Shown here one piece after another: positions 16,460 to 24,454 of a DNA stretch of 32,000 bases. This stretch comes from Edaphobacter aggregans. GTDB taxonomy: Bacteria > Acidobacteriota > Terriglobia > Terriglobales > Acidobacteriaceae. The DNA is taken from positions 3,090,001 to 3,122,000 of the forward strand of contig NZ_RSDW01000001.1 in assembly GCF_003945235.1 (NCBI RefSeq), read 5' to 3'. The notes below the pieces were generated by a model. It ran no database searches, had not been told where the DNA came from, and worked only from the letters and a program-made list of their open reading frames with translations. Within the stretch, counting starts at the first letter, position 1; every line of letters begins with the position of its first letter. The position numbers were made by a program, and so were the translations under genes.

Positions 16460-16648
16460 CTAATTCATTGCTATTTGTTTTGAGAGACGTTCCTGTATTC
16501 GCTGTACGGCTGTGAAGAAGAGTCCGGCGCAGACCAGCGAAGGGGTAAAGCGGTAGTTGGCTCCAAATCCTTCCCAATCGGTAACAATCCGCTTGAAGAA
16601 GGTGGCCCATGCAAAGTGTTCAGCGGAAACTTTCATCGAGGAAGTCAT
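16460..16648 (-). CDS. Small hypothetical protein (62 aa), one hydrophobic segment
   Basis: ORF track 16460..16675 trimmed to the ATG at 16648, which has GGAGGT 6 nt upstream. It is followed by its own terminator. No homology was recognised. Confidence 0.4.
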   Translation of the reverse strand: MTSSMKVSAEHFAWATFFKRIVTDWEGFGANYRFTPSLVCAGLFFTAVQRIQERLSKQIAMN

Positions 16649-16747
16649 AGCCCACCTCCAGTCTGCGAATCGCATAATCGTTGAGGAGAGGAAAAGACAG
16701 GGGCGGTCGGCTTGAACAGCGCGGCCGCCTCATCGTTCATTGGACAT

Positions 16748-17206
16748 TTACCGTACCGTGTTCAGCGCAACGACGATAGGACTTGAATCCTGCTTATTCT
16801 GCGCCTCTACCTTTTCTACCTTCTGTTCCATACGAGTCTTTGGGCACTCAAGGCCATCATGGTTGCCCGCCGTCCAGATCTGCCGCAGGAAATACTTGTC
16901 GCCGCGACGATCGAAAACGAGGGAGCTACCAGTCGGAGTGTGAGAAGTGTACGCAGCATGAACACTCACAAACTCCTCCGCCTTCTGATTAGTCTCGCGC
17001 AACTCAATCAGGCTGTCCGAGCGGGTGATGATATAGGTGCCCGCCGGCATCACTCGCAACCCTGCCTGAAAATCAAAGGGTATATCCGCCTTCGCCACAG
17101 GAGTGTTCTGGGCGAGAGCCGTCGGAGCCGAAGCAACCATGCCGATCGCCAGGGCAGAAGCGAGAAGACTGGATCCTAGGATGGAACTAATTCGTAGGCT
17201 TTTCAT
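16748..17206 (-). CDS. Secreted hypothetical protein (152 aa)
   Basis: An AAGGAGA RBS lies 5 nt upstream. The signal peptide is MKSLRISSILGSSLLASALAIGMVASAPTALAQ. The IPFDFQAG..MPAGTYII motif resembles a family of small secreted proteins that I recall as expanded in Acidobacteria. Confidence 0.6.
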   Translation of the reverse strand: MKSLRISSILGSSLLASALAIGMVASAPTALAQNTPVAKADIPFDFQAGLRVMPAGTYIITRSDSLIELRETNQKAEEFVSVHAAYTSHTPTGSSLVFDRRGDKYFLRQIWTAGNHDGLECPKTRMEQKVEKVEAQNKQDSSPIVVALNTVR

Positions 17207-17406
17207 GACGTTCTCCTTTTTAGGGAAGGACAGTCTTCATAACTGCCTTCACCCGTTAAAGCGGAGACCCCAGGTCATAAGTGCCACAATTTTTAAATTT
17301 ATTTTTCGCTGGCCCCACAAGGCGTACGGAGCGACAGCCTTCAGCAAGCATCGATACCATCCGCGGCCTGAGCGAAAATGGAAAAGCCACACGAAAGGGA
17401 CCCTCC

Positions 17407-18372
17407 ATGTCGTTCATTAGTCTCCGCAAGAGGACAACCGCCACTTTGTTCAGTCTTCTCCTCCTCCTGCTCACCTCCTCCTGCCTCTCCGCGCAGAATA
17501 TCGTCCAGCGCCCACACATCCTGGGCATCTCGCACGCCGGTTTCTTCGTGTCCGATCTCCCCAAAGCCCTCGACTTCTGGCAAGGCCTGCTGGGCTACGC
17601 CCAACCCTACGACATCAAGAAGCCCGACGGCACAACCCGCATCGCCTTCATCAAAATCAACGACCACCAGCACATCGAGCTCTTCAACGAAGCCTCCGCC
17701 GCCCCCGGCAACCATCTCAGCCACATCGCCTTCATCGTCGACAACGCCGAGCAGATGCGCCTCTACCTCGCCTCCCACGGCATCGCCGTTCCCTCCAAAG
17801 TAGGCAAAGGCAAAACCGGCGACGCCAATTTCGAAATAAAAGACCCCGACGGCACTCTAGTCGAATTCGTCGAGCCACAACCCGACGGCCTCGAAGCCCG
17901 CAACGCCGGCAAATTCCTCCCCTCCACTCGCATCTCCAATCAGATCCTCCATCTAGGCTTCCTCGTCGGCAACAGTCAGAAGTCCCTCGACTTCTACGGC
18001 ACCCTCCTTGGCTTCGGCGAGTTCTGGCGCGGCAGCTCCAACGGCAAAGAGCTCAGCTGGATCGACCTCCGCGTCCCCGACGGTCAGGACTACGTCGAGT
18101 TCATGCTCTACAACACCCTCCCGCCACCCGACCAATGGGGTGGCAAGAACCACGTCTCCCTCATGGTTCCCGACATCCAGCGCTCCATCGACACCCTCAA
18201 AGGCCGCCCTGCCTACCAGACCTACGGCAAGCCTCTCGACATGCACGTCGGCGTCAACGGTCAGCGCCAGGTCAACCTCTTCGATCCCGACGGCACCCGC
18301 GTCGAGCTGATGGAGCCCAACACCGCCAGCGGAAAACCAGTCCCACCCTCCACAGCTCCCCCACCGCACTAG
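17407..18372 (+). CDS. Two-domain VOC (glyoxalase/bleomycin-resistance/dioxygenase) family protein with signal peptide
   Basis: ORF track 17281..18372 trimmed to the ATG at 17407, which gives the signal peptide MSFISLRKRTTATLFSLLLLLLTSSCLSAQ. There are two VOC-like halves (ILGISHAGFFVSDL..HIAFIVDN..DPDGTLVEF and ILHLGFLVGN..HVSLMVPD..DPDGTRVELME). Confidence 0.75.
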   Translation: MSFISLRKRTTATLFSLLLLLLTSSCLSAQNIVQRPHILGISHAGFFVSDLPKALDFWQGLLGYAQPYDIKKPDGTTRIAFIKINDHQHIELFNEASAAPGNHLSHIAFIVDNAEQMRLYLASHGIAVPSKVGKGKTGDANFEIKDPDGTLVEFVEPQPDGLEARNAGKFLPSTRISNQILHLGFLVGNSQKSLDFYGTLLGFGEFWRGSSNGKELSWIDLRVPDGQDYVEFMLYNTLPPPDQWGGKNHVSLMVPDIQRSIDTLKGRPAYQTYGKPLDMHVGVNGQRQVNLFDPDGTRVELMEPNTASGKPVPPSTAPPPH

Positions 18373-18407
18373 GCAACGCAATGCCGCCGACATCATTTAA
18401 ATAAACA

Positions 18408-18438
18408 AACGGGCGCAACTCAATCGAGAGCGCCCGTT
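18408..18438 (-). terminator. Hairpin terminator between convergent genes (stronger in the minus direction)
   Basis: AACGGGCGC (18408-18416) pairs with GCGCCCGTT (18430-18438) around a 13-nt loop. On the minus strand it is followed by TGTTTATTTAAAT. Confidence 0.6.
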
Positions 18439-18461
18439 CGACTTCATGCCGACATCAGATC

Positions 18462-20255
18462 CTACGGATTGCTCGGTGTCTGCGGAGTCCCTGCCACCGG
18501 CGCGAACGGCGCCAGCAGGAAATTCACTCCATTCACCGTTCCATTCCCAAGCACACGGTTATAGCCCTTCTTGGTGGTGAACAACCCGTTGTAGCCCTGA
18601 ATATTCTCCCGGTAGACATTCAGCGGTAAACCCGTGGACTGCAGCGCCGCGAGCGTATAGATATCGAAGTTCTCGTTACCCAACCTGGTGCCAAGCCGCT
18701 GAATCTTCAAGGCAGTCAGGCCCGCAAAGTCCGGTGCGGAAATGCTCGTCCCAACCACGCCAAACAATCCACCGCCGATTGCCACAACCGCAGCACTCCT
18801 GTCAGGTCCGCAGGGAGTCACTGAGCCAATTGGGCACCCGCCCATTTGCAGGGATACATCGGGCACCGTTCTGAACTTCGATCCTGTAGTGACCAGCTTC
18901 TGGAACGTCGGCTTTTTATAGTAGATGCTGTTGCCGCCGCCCGATCCCCAGTATGCGCCCGTTGCCGGCGTGCCATAGAAGATGTCCTCCGCCAATGGAT
19001 CGCCGAACGCCGCCTCACTCACATACTTCGAGTCCAGCGACCCCGTAGTCATTGTCGTCACCAGGTTCGTGCCGCCAACTCCCGTCACATTCGGACTCGA
19101 TGCCGGGGTCTCCGCCGACTCCAAAAAGCCGCCGCAGGTGCTCGTCGCATTCGTGTCAAAGCATGCAGGTGCCGGAACATCCAACGCTCCCAGATCTCCT
19201 GAAGAAGCCACAAATGTAATCCCCTGCGTTGCGCCCTGCTTGAACACATCGTCGTAAACGCCAAGAATTCCCGTGAAGTCCACGCCGTCGTTATAGGCTG
19301 GCAAATAACCAATCTCCGGGCCGCCAAACGACATGCTCACCACATCCGCCTTGTTTGTCTCGATGATCGTGATCAGCCCCGAGATGATATTCGCGTCCGA
19401 CAGATCAGGCAGGTTGTAGAGAATCAGGTTCGCTGCCGGAGCCATACCGCCTGTCTGTTGCAGGTCCAGATGCGTCTCAAGCGAGTCGTTCGGATCGTAC
19501 GGTGCTCCCCCGGCAATATTCACCGTAGTCATATGCGGCACGGCAAGCTTTTCATGCCCGAAGTACGCCGCCATATCCGGAGGATTGAACCCCCCGCTCA
19601 TCAAGATACCGATCGTCACACCCTTGCCGTTATAGACCTGGTAGCTCGGATAGCTATAAGCCTCCTTCAGATCGTCGAACCAGTAAGGCCCCGCTTCGCT
19701 ATAGCGATTCGTCGGCAGCGCTTCAAGTTTTTTTGCGTGAGACCGCATCCGGATAAACCCCGAAAGCCCCGTCACCACAGCACCATTGCTGGCCATCGTC
19801 GAAGGCAACGAGATGCCGCCCACAGCGACCATCGTCTTCTTCCCATTCTTGAACGTTCCGACATGCACCTGAGTCAAAAGAGCCTGCTCCACGGAGCTTG
19901 CATCGCCGCTCACATGGATCTGCTGTGGCGAAATCACTTGTGTCGTCAGTCCATAAGCTTCCAGTTCATGCTGCACCGCGGCCACCGTCGCCGCACTCGC
20001 CCCAAACCGCGCATGGAACTGCGCAGGCGTCAGCCATTGGTGAAAACTCGCCGAAGTGGAATCATGCAAGTTGTCGAGCAGCGCATCCAGTTCCGCCTTG
20101 TGCTGCAACGGCAGGTAGACATCGAACTGCACATTTTGCCCTGCCGCAGCTCGCGCCTGCACTGCGGCCTTCTCGGCGGCCAAAGCCGCAGTGTTTACCA
20201 AGCCAGCGCACACAAGCGCCGCAAAGACAATGCTCAGTCCCTTCTCCAATCGCAT
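18462..20255 (-). CDS. S53 (sedolisin/kumamolisin-like) serine peptidase precursor
   Basis: 597 aa. It has a signal peptide and a pro-kumamolisin activation-domain-like segment (FHQWLTPAQFHARFGASAATVAAVQHELEAYGL). The serine nucleophile context is VVGTSISAPDFAGL. Confidence 0.85.
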   Translation of the reverse strand: MRLEKGLSIVFAALVCAGLVNTAALAAEKAAVQARAAAGQNVQFDVYLPLQHKAELDALLDNLHDSTSASFHQWLTPAQFHARFGASAATVAAVQHELEAYGLTTQVISPQQIHVSGDASSVEQALLTQVHVGTFKNGKKTMVAVGGISLPSTMASNGAVVTGLSGFIRMRSHAKKLEALPTNRYSEAGPYWFDDLKEAYSYPSYQVYNGKGVTIGILMSGGFNPPDMAAYFGHEKLAVPHMTTVNIAGGAPYDPNDSLETHLDLQQTGGMAPAANLILYNLPDLSDANIISGLITIIETNKADVVSMSFGGPEIGYLPAYNDGVDFTGILGVYDDVFKQGATQGITFVASSGDLGALDVPAPACFDTNATSTCGGFLESAETPASSPNVTGVGGTNLVTTMTTGSLDSKYVSEAAFGDPLAEDIFYGTPATGAYWGSGGGNSIYYKKPTFQKLVTTGSKFRTVPDVSLQMGGCPIGSVTPCGPDRSAAVVAIGGGLFGVVGTSISAPDFAGLTALKIQRLGTRLGNENFDIYTLAALQSTGLPLNVYRENIQGYNGLFTTKKGYNRVLGNGTVNGVNFLLAPFAPVAGTPQTPSNP

Positions 20256-20431
20256 AAGGCCTCCAGAGATAAACTCGTATCAAATTTTGGGTTTGGCCCA
20301 AAGAACACCCAGAGCAGGTGAGGCAATTATGTACTCCTCGCCGCAGAAAAACACAAGGCAAAACAAAGTCAACAAATCAGTTAGTTCAGGTGGAAGGAAT
20401 CGATTAAGCAATAATTTGCAGATCCTGACGC

Positions 20432-22297
20432 CTACTGCGAGCTTCCAGCCGGGTGCAATTTGCCCAAATTGACGAGCGTGTCAGGATCATCCGGCCGCAG
20501 CTGGAGCACCTTCTTATAAAACCGCAACGCAATATCGTCCTGCCCACGCTGCTGAAACATCACCGCCAGATCGAAGTACGGAGTCGGATCCGACGGATTG
20601 TTATCAATCGCCATCTGGAAGGCCTTGATCGCATCATCGACCCGCCCCTCCTGTCGATACAGCACACCCAGGTCTGTATAAGCCGCGCTCCCCTTAGGAT
20701 CGAGCGCAATCGCCCGCTGCAGCTGCTCCTCCGCGCCACGAGTATCCCCAACCTGCCCCAGCGCCACCGCAAGATTCATCGTCGTGCCGGCATCCTTCGC
20801 ATCCAGTGCGACCGCCCGCCTGTATGCCGTCACCGCATCCTTGGACCGCCCCAGCTGCGAATCAATATCCCCCAAACTCGCCCACGCCCTCTGATACTCA
20901 GGCCACAGCCTCGTAGCCTCGCGATAATTCTCCTCCGCCTTAGCCAGATAACCCTTCTCCCGATAAGCAAACCCAAGGTTGTAAAACAGTGTCGGACTCT
21001 GCGGAGTAGCCGCCAGCGAACTCTGATACAACCTCACAGGATCGCTCCAGTCACCCACACGAGCCCACACTCGCGCCGCACCCCAAACCATCCAAACCAC
21101 AAGAAACCCAACCGCAATCTTCTTCCCGCTGCCGGAATACTCCAGCGCAAACGAAGCAATTGCCAGCGCAAAACCAGCCGCAGCCAGATAACAAAACCGC
21201 TCCGCCATCCCCTGATAAATAAAGACAACGCCGCTAAACGGCAGCAGCGCAATCATCGTCCACGCCAACCCCACAGCAACTATCGGCACACGCTTGAGCA
21301 GAAGAACAACCAGGCCAATGAAGGCGATCAGCCCAATCCAGGCCACCATCGCAGCAACAGAAAAAACATTCGCAGGAGTAGAAGTCGACCGCTCTACACT
21401 CATGTGAACCGGAGCAATCATCCACAAACAATACTTCCAGAACGTCAGCCCAATCGACCACCAGGCCCCCGCGCCTGTCGCTCCCGAAGCCCCCACAAAA
21501 CGTTTCACTGCAAAATAAACCAAGCCCGCCAAAACCGCCGACCCAGCCAACCAACGCCACAACCTTCCCGATACGCGGCCTGTCGCATACCCCAGCAGCA
21601 GCGTCAGGGGCAAAACAAGCAATCCAGCCTCATGACTAAGCACCGCCGCCAGCGAAGCAACAAAATACCCAGCCAACACCAGCCATTTCTCGCGGCGAAG
21701 ATAAGCATCCGCCGCCCAAAGCGCCACCAGCAGAAAGAATCCGCAAAGCAAATAAGCCCTGCCGCTAACCCAGGCCACAGCCTCCGAATTAATCGGAAGC
21801 CCCAGCCACACCATCGCAGCAACCGCCGCAGTCAGCGCAGGCACACGAAGCCGCCGCAGCAGCAAAAACCCAACAATCCCATTCGCCCAATGAATCAGCA
21901 GATTTGTAAAGTGAAACCCACCCGCGCCATCAACTCCCCACACCCGCCGGTCGATCGCAAGACTCAACCAATAAATCGGACGATAAGTCGCCCCGCCCCC
22001 CGCCCCGCGAAACTCACTCGTAAATGCAACCGGCGACAACCAGAACCGATGAAACGTCGCATGCAACGAACCCAGCGACGGATTATTCACAATCTGATCG
22101 AGATCGTCATAAATAAACGGAGCACCCAGCGCCCGCCAATAAAGCACCATCACCCAAAGCCCACTCAACAGCGCAAAGCTCAACCCCTGATGCGCCACGC
22201 ACCACTGCCAAACCGAACTCCAGACGGAAACATCCGCGCGGTCAGAACCTCGAGCCGTCTTCCCTGTAGCTTTTGATTTTGAAGAGGGTGCAGCCAT
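20432..22297 (-). CDS. Polytopic membrane protein with C-terminal TPR repeats (TMTC/PMT-like glycosyltransferase architecture)
   Basis: 621 aa. About 10 hydrophobic helices are followed by at least 5 TPR units (e.g. AYREKGYLAKAEENYREATRLWPEY, AVTAYRRAVALDAKD, AIKAFQMAIDNNPSD). The start lies 7 nt after the coaBC stop. Confidence 0.8.
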   Translation of the reverse strand: MAAPSSKSKATGKTARGSDRADVSVWSSVWQWCVAHQGLSFALLSGLWVMVLYWRALGAPFIYDDLDQIVNNPSLGSLHATFHRFWLSPVAFTSEFRGAGGGATYRPIYWLSLAIDRRVWGVDGAGGFHFTNLLIHWANGIVGFLLLRRLRVPALTAAVAAMVWLGLPINSEAVAWVSGRAYLLCGFFLLVALWAADAYLRREKWLVLAGYFVASLAAVLSHEAGLLVLPLTLLLGYATGRVSGRLWRWLAGSAVLAGLVYFAVKRFVGASGATGAGAWWSIGLTFWKYCLWMIAPVHMSVERSTSTPANVFSVAAMVAWIGLIAFIGLVVLLLKRVPIVAVGLAWTMIALLPFSGVVFIYQGMAERFCYLAAAGFALAIASFALEYSGSGKKIAVGFLVVWMVWGAARVWARVGDWSDPVRLYQSSLAATPQSPTLFYNLGFAYREKGYLAKAEENYREATRLWPEYQRAWASLGDIDSQLGRSKDAVTAYRRAVALDAKDAGTTMNLAVALGQVGDTRGAEEQLQRAIALDPKGSAAYTDLGVLYRQEGRVDDAIKAFQMAIDNNPSDPTPYFDLAVMFQQRGQDDIALRFYKKVLQLRPDDPDTLVNLGKLHPAGSSQ

Positions 22298-22304
22298 AAC
22301 TCCG

Positions 22305-23576
22305 CTACGACCTGCTCCCCACGGTCCGCTTCACGCGCAACCGCACGACTTGATCCAGAATCAACCCCGCCATCTGCACCTTGCTCATCGCAGGAATCTC
22401 CACCACACCCTCCCGCGTCACAAAGCTCCCCGCATTCCGCTCCGAATCGAACCCCGTCTCCCCACTCGAAACGTCGTTCACCACCACAGCATCCACGCCT
22501 TTGCGCTCCAGCTTCGCCCGACCATTCTCCAGCACGTTCTCCGTCTCCGCCGCGAACCCAATCGCCAGCGTCCCAGCCCGCCGCCGCTCAACGATCTCCT
22601 GCAAAATATCCTCCGTAGGCTCCAGCTCCAGCACCCGTGCGCCATTCCTCTTCAACTTCTGCGTCGCAACCTTGGCCACACGATAATCACTCACAGCCGC
22701 AGCCATCACCACCACAGTCGCCTCAGACAGCCGCTGCATCACCGCTTCACGCATCTCCTCTGCCGTCGTCACCTGCACCAACTCACAAATCGCAGGAGCC
22801 GCCACCACCGCATTCGCACTAATCAAAATCACCCGAGCCCCACGTCGCGACGCCGCCTCGGCAATCGCAAATCCCATCCTCCCGCTCGACCGATTCCCAA
22901 TAAACCGCACCGGATCGATCGCCTCCCGCGTCCCACCCGCGGTCACCAGCACAGTCTCTCCCACCAGATCCGCAATCGACTCAGCCTGTCCTTCCGAAGC
23001 CAGCACCTCACCCACCGCAGCAACAATCGCCGAATTCTCCGCCAACCGCCCACCCCCAACCATCCCGCAAGCCAGATACCCACTTCCCGGCTCGACCACC
23101 CTTACCCCCCGAGCCTTCAGCGTCTCAATATTCGCCCGCGTAGCCGGATGCTCCCACATATTCACATTCATCGCCGGAGCCACAATCACCGAAGCCGTCG
23201 TAGCCAGAAACATCGTCGAAAGAAAATCATCCGCCAGCCCATGCGCAAACTTAGCCAACGTATCCGCCGTGGCCGGAGCCACAATCAGCACTTTCGTCGT
23301 CTGAGCCTCATTAATATGCTCAATCACCGAAGCCGCGCCTTCATCCCCGAGCTCCACCGGAGCAGCCCCAGCATCCTCACCCCAAAGACTCGTAATCACC
23401 TTATGCCCTGAGATCGCCGCAAACGTCAGCGGCCGCACAAACTCCTCCGCTGCCCGAGTCATCACCACATGCGGATCCAATCCCGCATCCTGCAGCAGCC
23501 GCACCAGTTCCACAGCCTTATAGGCGGCAATCCCCCCGCAAACTCCAACCGTAACCTTCACGCGCCCAGCGCTCAT
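22305..23576 (-). CDS. coaBC: Bifunctional phosphopantothenoylcysteine decarboxylase / phosphopantothenate-cysteine ligase
   Basis: It aligns along its length with E. coli Dfp (VGVCGGIAAYKAVELVRLL, APATADTLAKFAHGLADDFL, TAGGTREAIDPVRFIGNRSSGRMGFAIAEAA). ORF track start 23687 is trimmed to the ATG at 23576 (GGAGGAAGG upstream). The extension runs through an intergenic repeat copy. Confidence 0.9.
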   Translation of the reverse strand: MSAGRVKVTVGVCGGIAAYKAVELVRLLQDAGLDPHVVMTRAAEEFVRPLTFAAISGHKVITSLWGEDAGAAPVELGDEGAASVIEHINEAQTTKVLIVAPATADTLAKFAHGLADDFLSTMFLATTASVIVAPAMNVNMWEHPATRANIETLKARGVRVVEPGSGYLACGMVGGGRLAENSAIVAAVGEVLASEGQAESIADLVGETVLVTAGGTREAIDPVRFIGNRSSGRMGFAIAEAASRRGARVILISANAVVAAPAICELVQVTTAEEMREAVMQRLSEATVVVMAAAVSDYRVAKVATQKLKRNGARVLELEPTEDILQEIVERRRAGTLAIGFAAETENVLENGRAKLERKGVDAVVVNDVSSGETGFDSERNAGSFVTREGVVEIPAMSKVQMAGLILDQVVRLRVKRTVGSRS

Positions 23577-23620
23577 CGCAGCACCTTCCTCCACCATGCT
23601 ACGCCCCTTGCTGTAGCATT

Positions 23621-23663
23621 TGCCTTTCTCGCTTGTCATCCCCGTAGGGGATCTGCTTTTCGC
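23621..23663. repeat. Dispersed intergenic repeat, family 2 copy (GCTTGTCATCCCCGTAGGGGATCTGCTTTT core)
   Basis: Core 23631-23660 is 28/30 identical to 25952-25981. It contains the hairpin CCCC-GTA-GGGG. Confidence 0.8.
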
Positions 23664-23696
23664 TAGTGCCACCCAAGCGAGCCCCAACCGCCAATA

Positions 23697-23736
23697 TGTA
23701 ACGCGATCTTAATCTCTGTAACGCGATCTTAACCTC
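23697..23736 (+). promoter_or_regulatory. Tandem 20-bp direct repeat TGTAACGCGATCTTAA(T/C)CTC x2; candidate response-regulator operator
   Basis: 23697-23716 and 23717-23736 differ at one position. The repeat lies in the divergent coaBC / response-regulator intergenic region and ends 39 nt before the regulator ATG. Confidence 0.45.
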
Positions 23737-23775
23737 CGTCCCCACAAAAACCCGTTAGCCTAACCCTCATCAACC

Positions 23776-24450
23776 ATGAACGTGCTGGTTATCGAAGACG
23801 ACAAGCGCATTGCCGCACTTGTTGAAAGGGCCCTCATCGGCGACGGACACCGCGTCACTCTCTCCCACAACGGGCGCGAAGGTGCCGACATGCTTCTCGC
23901 GGGCAAATACGACGCCGCCCTCCTCGACATCCTCCTTCCCGGCATGGACGGCTTCGAAGTCCTCGAGCGCGTCCGCGTCCGCCACTGCAAGACCCCCATC
24001 CTCGTCCTCACCGCCGTCGACAACGTCCCCAAGATCCTCCACGCCTTTGACCTCGGCGCCGACGACTACCTAGTCAAGCCCTTCATCCTCGAAATCCTCC
24101 TCGCCCGCGTCAGCGCCATCGCCCGGCGCATCTCCAACATCGAGCAGCCTCCCGTCACTGCCGCCGGCATCACCCTCGACCGCAACCGCCGCGTCGCCAT
24201 CCGCGACGGCAAACACATCCCTCTCACCCGCAAACAGTTCGAGCTCCTCGAAACCCTCATGCGACGCTGCGGCCTCATCACCTCCCGTGAAGAGCTCATC
24301 GAAGCCGGCTGGGGCAACCTCGCCGAAGTCAAGGAAAACACCCTCGACGTCTACATCCACGGCCTCCGCGCCAAGCTCGAAGACCACGCCGACGGCCGCC
24401 CTCTCATCCGCACCGTCCACGGCGCCGGTTACATGTTCGTCGCGGCCTAG
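23776..24450 (+). CDS. OmpR/PhoB-family response regulator
   Basis: 224 aa. The receiver domain has VLVIEDD, the phospho-acceptor context LLDILLPGMDG and KPF. The C-terminal winged-helix has LTRKQFELLETLM..VHGAGYMF. Confidence 0.9.
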   Translation: MNVLVIEDDKRIAALVERALIGDGHRVTLSHNGREGADMLLAGKYDAALLDILLPGMDGFEVLERVRVRHCKTPILVLTAVDNVPKILHAFDLGADDYLVKPFILEILLARVSAIARRISNIEQPPVTAAGITLDRNRRVAIRDGKHIPLTRKQFELLETLMRRCGLITSREELIEAGWGNLAEVKENTLDVYIHGLRAKLEDHADGRPLIRTVHGAGYMFVAA

Positions 24451-24454
24451 CTCC

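Noticed and set aside
20286-20302. TTTGGG-TTTGG-CCCAAA hairpin between the TPR gene and the S53 peptidase gene, as a terminator
   Set aside because: The stem is a short 6-bp A/T-containing one with a weak downstream T tract. I cannot distinguish it from chance.
20453-22276. 607-aa + strand ORF mirroring the TPR membrane protein gene
   Set aside because: The minus-strand product has obvious TM helices and canonical TPR units. The + strand product is Arg/Pro/His/Gln-rich with no structure-like pattern. It is an antisense artefact.
23697-23736. Possible CRISPR or minisatellite
   Set aside because: There are only two abutting units with no spacers and no further copies nearby. It is better explained as a regulatory direct repeat.
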